In this document: positions 46,556 through 54,460 of the stretch, in pieces | Layout: every line of letters starts with the position of its first letter | Position numbering within the stretch: position 1 is the first letter of the stretch | Source: Candidatus Tectimicrobiota bacterium | GTDB lineage: Bacteria > JACPUC01 | Assembly: GCA_016192455.1 (NCBI GenBank) | Contig: JACPUC010000026.1 | Span: forward strand, 78,902-142,901 | DNA: 64,000 nucleotides | Direction of reading: 5' to 3' | Program-made: the position numbers and the translations under genes | Notes under the pieces: model-generated | Database searches by the model: none | What the model was told of the DNA's origin: nothing | The model's input: the letters and a program-made list of their open reading frames with translations, nothing else

Positions 46556-47467
46556 ATGACCCTCCCATCCAGCGTCAGCATTGTCGAGGTGGGGCCGCGC
46601 GACGGTTTGCAGGGAGAGGCGCGGCACGTCGCCACCGCCGACAAGATCGCCCTCATCAACCGCCTGAGCGCCTGCGGCCTGCGGCGCCTCGAGGTGTCGT
46701 CGTTCGTCAGCGCCAAGGCCATCCCGCAGCTTGCCGACGCGGCCGAGGTGCTGGCCGGCATCGAGCGCGCCCCGGGCGCGCGCTACAGCGTTCTGGTGGC
46801 GAACGAGCGCGGCTACGAGAGCGCCGCGGCGGCGGGCGCCGACGAGGTGGCCGTCTTCCTGTCGGCCAGCGAGGCCCACAACCAGCTCAACGTCGGCAAG
46901 AGCATCGCGGACACCCTGGCGAAGCTGCGGCCGGTGGCGCGGCGGGCGGCGGCGGACGGGGTGCCGGTGCGCGGCTACGTCTCCACGGTCTTCGGCTGCT
47001 CCCTCGCCGGCAAGGTGGAGGCGGCGCGGGTGGAGCGCATCTGCGGCGAGCTTGCCGACATGGGGGTGGGGGAAATCTCGCTGGGGGACACCATCGGCGT
47101 GGCGCACCCGCCGCAGGTTCAGGCCATGATCGAGGGGCTGCGCGCGCGGCTTGGCGACCTGCCACTGGCGCTGCATCTCCACGATACCCTCGGGCGCGGG
47201 CTGGCGAACGTCTGGGCGGGATTGCAGGCGGGGATTCGCGTCTTCGACAGCTCGGTCGGCGGGCTGGGAGGCTGCCCCAATACGCCGGGAGGGGCCGGCA
47301 ACATCGCCACGGAGGACCTCGTGAGCCTGCTGCGGGCCATGGGCATCGCCTGCGGCGTGGAGGAGGAGGCGATCCGCGCGGTGGCGCGCTTCGCGGCGTC
47401 GCTCGTCGATCACCCCCTGGCCAGCCACTGCGCTTACGCCGGCGGCACCGCGGAGGAGAGAGCGTGA
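46556..47467 (+). CDS. hydroxymethylglutaryl-CoA lyase
   Basis: SIVEVGPRDGLQ..., DTIGVAHP, LHLHDTLG, GGLGGCP motifs. Confidence 0.85.
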   Translation: MTLPSSVSIVEVGPRDGLQGEARHVATADKIALINRLSACGLRRLEVSSFVSAKAIPQLADAAEVLAGIERAPGARYSVLVANERGYESAAAAGADEVAVFLSASEAHNQLNVGKSIADTLAKLRPVARRAAADGVPVRGYVSTVFGCSLAGKVEAARVERICGELADMGVGEISLGDTIGVAHPPQVQAMIEGLRARLGDLPLALHLHDTLGRGLANVWAGLQAGIRVFDSSVGGLGGCPNTPGGAGNIATEDLVSLLRAMGIACGVEEEAIRAVARFAASLVDHPLASHCAYAGGTAEERA

Positions 47468-48243
47468 GCGAGGCCCCCCTGCTCATCGAAGATCGCGAGA
47501 CCGTGCGCTGGCTCATCCTGAATCGGCCCGAGAGCCGCAATGCGCTGAGCCGCGACCTCGTGGCTCGGCTTGGCGAGGCGGTGGCAGCGACGGCCGCGGA
47601 GCACGGCGTGCGCGTGGTGGTGCTGCGCGGCGCCGGCGACGAGGCGTTCTGCGCCGGGGCTGACTTGAAGGAGCGGCGCAGCATGGGCGACGATGAGGTG
47701 CGCGCCTTCCTGCGTGGGCTGGGGGCGGTGATCACCGCCATCGAGGAGCTGCCGCAACCGGTGGTGGCGGCCATCAACGGTCACGCCCTCGGCGGTGGGC
47801 TGGAGCTGAGCCTCTGCTGCGACCTGCGGCTGGCGGCCGAGCATGCCCGCCTGGGGCTGCCGGAGGTGCGCCTGGGGATCATTCCCGGCGCCGGCGGCAC
47901 CCAGCGCCTGCCGCGCATTGTCGGGCCGGCGCGGGCACGCGAGCTGATCCTCACCGGGCGCCAGCTCAGCGCCATCGAGGCCCTGCCGTACGGCCTCGTG
48001 CACCGCGTGGTGGCCGCCGAGCGGCTTGACGAGGCGGTCGGGGATCTCTGCCAGGAGCTCCTCCTCGCCGCGCCTATCTCCCAGGCGCAGGCGAAACGAG
48101 CCCTGCGCGCCGCCGAGGCGGACCTCGCCACCGGCCTCGCCTTCGAGACCGCCGCCTACGAGCGCTGTCTGCACTCGGAGGACCGGCTTGAAGCCCTCGC
48201 CGCCTTCCGCGACAAGCGCCCTCCCCACTTCCAGGGACGCTAA
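47464..48243 (+). CDS. enoyl-CoA hydratase/isomerase family protein
   Basis: GTG start overlaps the HMGL stop (GTGA). FCAGADLKE, INGHALGGGLELSLCCD crotonase motifs. Confidence 0.8.
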   Translation: MSEAPLLIEDRETVRWLILNRPESRNALSRDLVARLGEAVAATAAEHGVRVVVLRGAGDEAFCAGADLKERRSMGDDEVRAFLRGLGAVITAIEELPQPVVAAINGHALGGGLELSLCCDLRLAAEHARLGLPEVRLGIIPGAGGTQRLPRIVGPARARELILTGRQLSAIEALPYGLVHRVVAAERLDEAVGDLCQELLLAAPISQAQAKRALRAAEADLATGLAFETAAYERCLHSEDRLEALAAFRDKRPPHFQGR

Positions 48244-48321
48244 TGCCGCCGAAGCTCGTTAACTAAATTGTGCGAGGGAGCGGTGCCCCTTCGCCTGCCT
48301 GCCGGCAGGCGCATCCCGCCT

Positions 48322-48349
48322 TGTAGGGGCGGTTCGCGAACCGCCCCTA
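48322..48349. repeat. REP-like palindromic element copy 3 (GTAGGGGCGGTTCGCGAACCGCCCCTAC) with outer CATCCC...GGGATG arms
   Basis: Perfect 28-bp palindrome, identical core to 38818..38845. Confidence 0.75.
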
Positions 48350-48445
48350 CGGGATGGGAGTGCGGGGGAAGAAGGGTCCGCCACAACAAATGGACCCCGC
48401 GGCGCAGCAACCTCGTCAGCGAATTTCCGCGGCGCATCTCACCCG

Positions 48446-49264
48446 CTAGATGACCGGGTCGCTGATTCCCATGGAGGCCAGCGTTTCCTGGAACGTGCCG
48501 AGGGCCTTCTCGATGCTCGCCAGCTTATCGATGCCGAAAATCTTCAGGGCATCAGCCTTGTGCGTCATGGCATCGACGTAGATCGGCGTCCACTCCTTGG
48601 CGACATCGCGGGCCAGGGCGGTATCTTCCGGATGGGTCTTGAGACGCTCGCGCAGCCAGGTGATGCCGAAGGCGACGTGGCGCCCTTCATCCTGGAGCTG
48701 GCGTTGCAGGATGGTGCGAGTCACCGGGTCCTTCCCCGACTCGCAGAGCGCATCGTAGTGCGCAGTGAACTGGCTGGCGGCCAGGAGCTCCCCCAGAATA
48801 TTCAGGCTCATGACGGACTGCACCGGGTGCTCATAGGCGTAGCAGCCCGAGATGGCTTTCACCCAGGCGGAGTTGCCGCTCCGCACCGTATCCGGGTCGA
48901 GGCCCATCTTGCGCAGGCGCATGCGGTAGGCGTGGCAGTGGCGCGCCTCCTCGAAGCACTGGGTGGCCAGGAACTCGCGCGCCGCCAGGTCCTCCTTGGG
49001 GAGCTGGGTCATGATGCGCGCCGGCGCGTCGATGCCGACTTTCTCACCGATCTGATAGGTCGCCAGGATGCCGCGCAGGAGTTTGGTTTCGATGTCGCTC
49101 ATCGGGCAGGGTTCATCCCAGTTAATGTCGGTGTTGGCGTTCCACTGATTCCGCTTCGCCATCTCGTAGAGCCGCCAGATTTCATTCTGGGTGTGGGCGT
49201 AATCGGTGAGGGCCATGCCGCTGCCTGAGCCGGCAGGGGCGTGCGTGGTGGCGTATTCTTCCAT
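48446..49264 (-). CDS. ferritin-like diiron-carboxylate protein (oxygenase/rubrerythrin-like)
   Basis: E-x-x-H motifs (CFEEARHCH; QDEGRHVAFG). Confidence 0.55.
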   Translation of the reverse strand: MEEYATTHAPAGSGSGMALTDYAHTQNEIWRLYEMAKRNQWNANTDINWDEPCPMSDIETKLLRGILATYQIGEKVGIDAPARIMTQLPKEDLAAREFLATQCFEEARHCHAYRMRLRKMGLDPDTVRSGNSAWVKAISGCYAYEHPVQSVMSLNILGELLAASQFTAHYDALCESGKDPVTRTILQRQLQDEGRHVAFGITWLRERLKTHPEDTALARDVAKEWTPIYVDAMTHKADALKIFGIDKLASIEKALGTFQETLASMGISDPVI

Positions 49265-49297
49265 GGGTGCTCCTTTCCTGTTGTCCGCGCAACCAGT

Positions 49298-50044
49298 TCA
49301 GCATCGCTCCCGAGTCTTGCGACTTCGCTTGGCAGGCGAGATGCCGGGTTCCTTCGCGTCGTGGTGTTGCTGCCGCCGTTCATGCAGAGGGCGCCGTGCA
49401 CGTGACGCGCGCTCCGGGGCAGCCAGGCCATAGAGGTCCAGCGTGGGTTGGGAGCCGTTCGGACCACCGCGGCCGCCTCGCTCCGCGAGGCGCTGCAGGG
49501 CCCAGGCGCACCAGTCACGGTACATCCGTTCGTAGCGCAATCCCCACTCCAGACAGAGGAGCGGCCCCAGCAGCGAGTCGTTCGGCAGGGCGCGCAGGAC
49601 GCCGTAGCGCGCCTCGATCTGCTCCTTGATCGCCTCGTAGGTCGCCAGTCGCTCGGCATGGGCGCGTGCGGCCAAGGCCAGCAACGCCTCGCCGTCCGCC
49701 GCGGCCATCGCGTCGATGCCATAAACGCGCAGGAGGAGGTCGTCCTTCATCTCGAAGCGAATGAGCGCCGCCTTCTGCCATGCCGCCAGCGCTTCGCGGC
49801 CGCGTCGGGTGATGGCGTAGATGGTCCTGTTCGGGCGATGGGTCTGGATCTCGCATTTCGAGCGCAGCAGCGCTTCGCGTTCCAGCCGGCGCAGCTCGGG
49901 ATAAATCTGCGCCAGATGGGCGTGCCAGCAGAACATCACCGATTGCTGGAAGCGCTGACGGATGTCGTAGCCGGTCAGGGGCTTGCGGCGCAGCAGCTCG
50001 AGGAGGGCGTAGCGGAGCATGCCAGGTTCCCACAATAGGGACAT
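49298..50044 (-). CDS. PadR-family transcriptional regulator (extended C-terminal domain)
   Basis: Winged-helix N-terminus ALLELLRRKPLTGYDIRQRF...IYPELRRLEREALL. Immediately upstream of the diiron gene on the same strand. Confidence 0.65.
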   Translation of the reverse strand: MSLLWEPGMLRYALLELLRRKPLTGYDIRQRFQQSVMFCWHAHLAQIYPELRRLEREALLRSKCEIQTHRPNRTIYAITRRGREALAAWQKAALIRFEMKDDLLLRVYGIDAMAAADGEALLALAARAHAERLATYEAIKEQIEARYGVLRALPNDSLLGPLLCLEWGLRYERMYRDWCAWALQRLAERGGRGGPNGSQPTLDLYGLAAPERASRARRPLHERRQQHHDAKEPGISPAKRSRKTRERC

Positions 50045-50428
50045 TTTGTACTATGCAAACTTTTCTCTATGAATGGCATGAAGGGGACCCTGCCGTCAAG
50101 AAAAAAATGTCTCCACCCCTGCAGCCGCGGCAGGATAGCGGCGGCCCGCTGCGGAGGAGACCATCCCGGCAGCCTCGACAGGGAGCAGCCCGCTCGGAGC
50201 AGGCGGGACCCAGCCACCACCCGCAGCGCCGAGGGGAGCGGCAGGCAGGAGCGCGGAGCGCTGGCGAGGGTTCGGAAAGGAACGGGGGGTGGTTCGGGGA
50301 GGTCGAGCTTTCCCACCCGGGGGCAAGGGGTTTGCCCCCGGGGCCACCATGCTCTCCTGGACCGGCGTCTGGGCGGCAAGAGACTGGCAGCCGGCGGGAG
50401 AACCCAGAGAGCTGCGTCCGTACGCAGC

Positions 50429-51448
50429 CTACATCGCCGCCTTGGCCACGAAGCTGCCATCCCAGAGATCGTCGATGTTGAGCTTCTGCTTCACGAAACC
50501 GTTCTCAAAGAGCCAATCCTGAAACTGCGCCACGCTCTTCATGTTCGGCTTGCCATCCGGAGCAATCCCGGTGGGCACCGCGGCTTTCACCAGCTCCGCG
50601 GGGACCTTCGTGTGCTTCGAGATGATTGCCGCCACCGTATCACCTCGCTCCCCGGTGCTGTGGTAGAAGCGCACCGCCTTCATATAGGCATTCATGAAGC
50701 GCTGCGCCGCCTCGCGGTTCTCCTTGATGAACTTGTCGGTGTAGATGATGTAGGCGATTTGGAAATCCCGCCCTTTCGGCAGCTCATCGCCGCGCACCAG
50801 GACCTTGGCGACGTTCTCGCGCTCGGCCCGGATGCACCACGGCTCGACGCAGATACCGACCTCCACCGCCTTCGTCTGCATACCCTGAAAAATCTGCGGC
50901 ATCCCAAGGTAGGCGACCTTCGCGTGGTCGTACGGGACGCCCGCCTGCTCGAGAGCGAGCACGAGGAGGTAGCCGGCGCCGTTGAGCGGCGCCGTATTGA
51001 TAAGCTTGCGGCCCTTGAGATCAGCAATCTTGGTGATCTGGCCGCTGTCGTAGAGGTCTTTCCGCACCATGATCTGAGTGATGCCGTGGCCTTCGGACCA
51101 GCGCCCCTTATCGGCGACGATCTTCATCTTCAGGCCCTTGGCCACTGAGTTGTAGAAGCCGGCGCTGAGGGCGCCACCCACCACATCGAGCTGCCCCGCC
51201 GCCACCGGCGCCATCATCTTCTGCGCCGAGACGAAGCTCTCGACTTTCACCTCGAGCTGCTGCTCGGTGAACATCCCCTTCTCGAGAGCGATGAAGATCG
51301 GCGCATACGAGATGAAGGGCTGGATGCCCATATTCACCTTCTCCTGCTCTGCCGTGGCGGGGCCGCCCGCCAGCCCGGCGAGCAGAACCCCCACGCCGAC
51401 AACCAGGCCGACACCACGCAGCATTCGCCCTTTTGCTGGTCGATTCAT
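50429..51448 (-). CDS. ABC transporter substrate-binding protein, NMT1/SsuA/TauA family
   Basis: Internal Met MNRPAKGRMLRGVGLVVGVGVLLAGLAGG (signal peptide) with GAGGAGGAAGGG RBS; second paralog of 23622..24701. Confidence 0.7.
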   Translation of the reverse strand: MNRPAKGRMLRGVGLVVGVGVLLAGLAGGPATAEQEKVNMGIQPFISYAPIFIALEKGMFTEQQLEVKVESFVSAQKMMAPVAAGQLDVVGGALSAGFYNSVAKGLKMKIVADKGRWSEGHGITQIMVRKDLYDSGQITKIADLKGRKLINTAPLNGAGYLLVLALEQAGVPYDHAKVAYLGMPQIFQGMQTKAVEVGICVEPWCIRAERENVAKVLVRGDELPKGRDFQIAYIIYTDKFIKENREAAQRFMNAYMKAVRFYHSTGERGDTVAAIISKHTKVPAELVKAAVPTGIAPDGKPNMKSVAQFQDWLFENGFVKQKLNIDDLWDGSFVAKAAM

Positions 51449-51600
51449 CTTCCCTTCCTCCTCTGCGATGCTGAGGTTCACTCCGCGGACGACTCGGTTC
51501 ATGGTAGGGAAGCGGCGGGGCCCCGGCACGAGGTGCAGGAGGCTTGCGCAAGGCTGCGACAGGTTCGGCTGCCGCTTCCTCCCCGCTTCTCCGCGGCCTC

Positions 51601-52608
51601 TCACCCCTGGGAAGCCCGACCTGCGGCGGAGTGGGCGGCGGCTACGCTCTGCTTCAGTTTCTGGCGCCAGAAGTTCAGGATGTCCAGCAGTGTCGTGTCG
51701 AAGCTGATGCGCGGCTGCCAGCCCGTCACCGTGCGGAAGAGGGTGTTATCGCCGAGCAGGACGGGCACGTCCGACGGGCGCAGGCGGGCGGCATCCTGCC
51801 GCACTTCGATCTTCTGCGAGCTCATTGCCAGGAGCTTCTCGAGCAGCTCCCGTATCGCAATGCACGACCCTGAGCAGATGTTGTACACCTGACCCGGCTC
51901 GCATTTCTCCAGGGCCAGCCAGTAGGCGCGCACCGTATCGCGCACATCGGTGAAATCCCGCTTCGCCTCGAGATTCCCCACGTGCAAGAGCGGCGGCCGG
52001 AGACCCAGCTCGATCTCGGCGATCTGCTTGGCGAAGTTCGAGCAGACGAAGACCTCGCCGCGGCGCGGCCCGGTGTGGTTGAAGGCGCGCGTGCGCACGA
52101 CATTGAGCTTGTAGCTCATGAAGTACTGGTAGGCGAGGAGGTCCTGCCCCACCTTGCTGACGGCGTACGGACTCATCGGTCGGAGCTGATTGGTCTCGCG
52201 GATCGGCAGCTCGTGCTCGTAGACCATGCCGTACTCTTCGCTCGAGCAGGCGATCTGAATGAAAGGGTTGATGCCGGCGCCGCGCACCGCCTCGAAGATG
52301 TGCAGGTTGCCGAGGATGTTCGTGGTCAACGTTTCGGCCGGTGCGTTCCAGGAGGTGGGGACGAAGCTCTGCGCCGCGAGATGGAAGATTTTCTCCGGTT
52401 TCACCCTGGCGATGATCTCGGTGACCGAGGTCTGATCCCGCAGGTCGCACTCATGGATGGAGATGCGCTCGAGGTAGGGAGCGATCGCCTCGGTGTTGCT
52501 GCGCCAGCGCTTGATGCCGTGGACCTCGACATCCGACCGCGAGAGGAGGTACTCGACAAGGTGGCTGCCCGCGAACCCCGTGATGCCAGTGATGAGCACT
52601 CGTTGCAT
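51601..52608 (-). CDS. NAD-dependent epimerase/dehydratase (GDP-mannose 4,6-dehydratase-like, extended SDR)
   Basis: MQRVLITGITGFAGSHLVEYLL Rossmann, YAVSK catalytic YxxxK. Confidence 0.8.
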   Translation of the reverse strand: MQRVLITGITGFAGSHLVEYLLSRSDVEVHGIKRWRSNTEAIAPYLERISIHECDLRDQTSVTEIIARVKPEKIFHLAAQSFVPTSWNAPAETLTTNILGNLHIFEAVRGAGINPFIQIACSSEEYGMVYEHELPIRETNQLRPMSPYAVSKVGQDLLAYQYFMSYKLNVVRTRAFNHTGPRRGEVFVCSNFAKQIAEIELGLRPPLLHVGNLEAKRDFTDVRDTVRAYWLALEKCEPGQVYNICSGSCIAIRELLEKLLAMSSQKIEVRQDAARLRPSDVPVLLGDNTLFRTVTGWQPRISFDTTLLDILNFWRQKLKQSVAAAHSAAGRASQG

Positions 52609-52834
52609 GCAAACCTCCCCTCTCCCCGGCGGCAGCGAGCTGAAGGAGCGCGGGCGCGGGCCCGGCCCCACCCTCCCCTTCCCGCCATGCTCGTTGCGAT
52701 CCTGCTCGGCGGCGATCGCTCACACGCATAGTCTACTTCATCACCGCGCGCCTGCAAAGATGCTGGGCCCAGGAGGGGCCCCACGACCTCCCGCGAGATT
52801 ACCCGGCACGGCGTACCCGCTCCCATATTTAGCG

Positions 52835-52863
52835 TTGTTCGAGTCCAAGCCACCCTGTATACT
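52835..52863 (+). promoter_or_regulatory. sigma70-like promoter candidate TTGTTC-N17-TATACT
   Basis: Seen ~130 nt upstream of the lytic transglycosylase start. Confidence 0.3.
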
Positions 52864-52990
52864 GGGGTTGAGCGGAAATCTTGCTTGACCTTTCCTGGTC
52901 CCGGCACGGGCGGGAAGGGGTATGGGTGGGGGCAAGAATCCGTTCTGCCCCGCTGCGCATCATGGTTTCGCTCCAGAGAGGAGGACCCCT

Positions 52991-54310
52991 GTGAGTCGCC
53001 AATCTCCAGCCAGCTTCTGCGGCTTGCTGCTCATGGTGATGACCGCGTGGTTGAGTGGCCCTCTGCTTACCACCACGCAGGCGCAACAGAACAGCACCCT
53101 CCCCAAGGGCATGCCCACGGAGCAGGTATTGGAGGGTCTCACCAAGCGCCTCGATGAGCTCTTCGCACAGATGCAGCAACTGCGCGGCGAGAACGAGCGC
53201 CTGCGCGCTCAGGTGGACTTCATCGCGGCGCAGAAGCAGAAGCCTACCGCCAAGCAGGCGGCGCCGGGTCCGCTCCTGCCGGGTCACCTGATCAGCGCGG
53301 TTCATCTGCCGGAAAAGGTGACCTTTGCCGGCGAGCCCGTCCCTCTCGACCGCTGGGATGTTCGTGAACGGCTGGAGCGCGAGTTCTTCACCTTCTTGGG
53401 GGAGCCGGCGAAAGTTCTCCTGCTGATGAAACGGAGCGGACGGTTCTTCCCCTACCTCGAGGCGCAGCTCCGCAAGCACAGCTTGCCGGATGATCTCAAA
53501 TACCTCGCCGCCGTGGAGAGCTGGCTGAACACGAGTGCCTACTCCCACGCAGGCGCTTCCGGGGTGTGGCAGTTCATCAAGTCGACGGGCCGGCGCTACG
53601 GCATGCGCTATGACACCTGGGTGGATGATCGCCGCGATCTGGAGAAGTCAACGCGCGCGGCGATGCGCTACTTGAGCGAGCTCCAGGCGCGGTTCAGCAA
53701 CTGGCCGCTGGTGATGGCGGCCTACAATGCCGGGGAGTCACGCGTCTCCCGCGAGCTCGGCGAGCAGAGGGTAACGAGCTACTACCAGCTTGACCTGCCG
53801 CTGGAGACGGAGCGCTACGTTTTCAAGATCATCGCCATCAAGCTCATCTTCGAGTATGGGCGGGAACTCGGTTTTCAGCTCGCCCGCAACGATTTCTACG
53901 AACCCTACGATACGGAACCCGTGCAGGTGAAAATCCAGAAGCAGCGGGTGCACTTGAGCGAGGTGGCGAAGGCTGCGAAAACGTACTTCCGCCAGTTGAA
54001 ACGGCTCAATCCATCATTCCGCCGCGACTCCCTGCCCCGAGGCACGTACCGGCTGCACATCCCCAAGGGGCACGCAGCGGACTTTGCCCGCACCTTCGCC
54101 GCGGCGCAAGGGGTGAAACCAGAGGTGCTGGCGGGACACCGCGTCGACCCGGAGCCGCAACGGCTTCTCCACGAGGTGCGCCCGGGCGAGACGCTTTGGG
54201 CTATCGCTGATCGTTACGACGTGACGGTGCCGCTCCTGCGGCAATGGAACGATCTCGCAAAGAAACCGCCCATCTTTCCTGGAGACGACATCGTCATCCT
54301 GACGCGCTGA
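52991..54310 (+). CDS. membrane-bound lytic murein transglycosylase (SLT domain) with C-terminal LysM (MltD-like)
   Basis: GTG start after GAGGAGGA. Signal/TM, coiled coil, SLT motifs (ES.LN..A.S..GA.G.WQF; AAYNAGESRV), LysM (VRPGETLWAIADRYDVTVPLLRQWND). Confidence 0.8.
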   Translation: MSRQSPASFCGLLLMVMTAWLSGPLLTTTQAQQNSTLPKGMPTEQVLEGLTKRLDELFAQMQQLRGENERLRAQVDFIAAQKQKPTAKQAAPGPLLPGHLISAVHLPEKVTFAGEPVPLDRWDVRERLEREFFTFLGEPAKVLLLMKRSGRFFPYLEAQLRKHSLPDDLKYLAAVESWLNTSAYSHAGASGVWQFIKSTGRRYGMRYDTWVDDRRDLEKSTRAAMRYLSELQARFSNWPLVMAAYNAGESRVSRELGEQRVTSYYQLDLPLETERYVFKIIAIKLIFEYGRELGFQLARNDFYEPYDTEPVQVKIQKQRVHLSEVAKAAKTYFRQLKRLNPSFRRDSLPRGTYRLHIPKGHAADFARTFAAAQGVKPEVLAGHRVDPEPQRLLHEVRPGETLWAIADRYDVTVPLLRQWNDLAKKPPIFPGDDIVILTR

Positions 54311-54460
54311 GGAACCCCAGGGAATAGGCCCTATCTCCCGTCCCCGGGTCCGATGCGGCGCCATGCGGGGGCGAGTGCGCTGATGTGCTTGGCGTGCGGC
54401 GGCAGCCTGGACGCTGCGTGCCCGCCGGCGTGTGCAGCGGAGCTCCAAGGAAGCGTGGTC

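Noticed and set aside
43639-47428. Minus-strand ORFs 43639..45765 (708 aa) and 45350..47428 (692 aa)
   Set aside because: Antisense to the dehydrogenase, diiron, rhodanese and HMG-CoA lyase genes.
46243-47463. N-terminal 400 codons of the 666-aa plus ORF 46243..48243
   Set aside because: Off-frame overlap of the rhodanese and HMGL genes; only the last 259 codons (from GTG 47464) are the enoyl-CoA hydratase.
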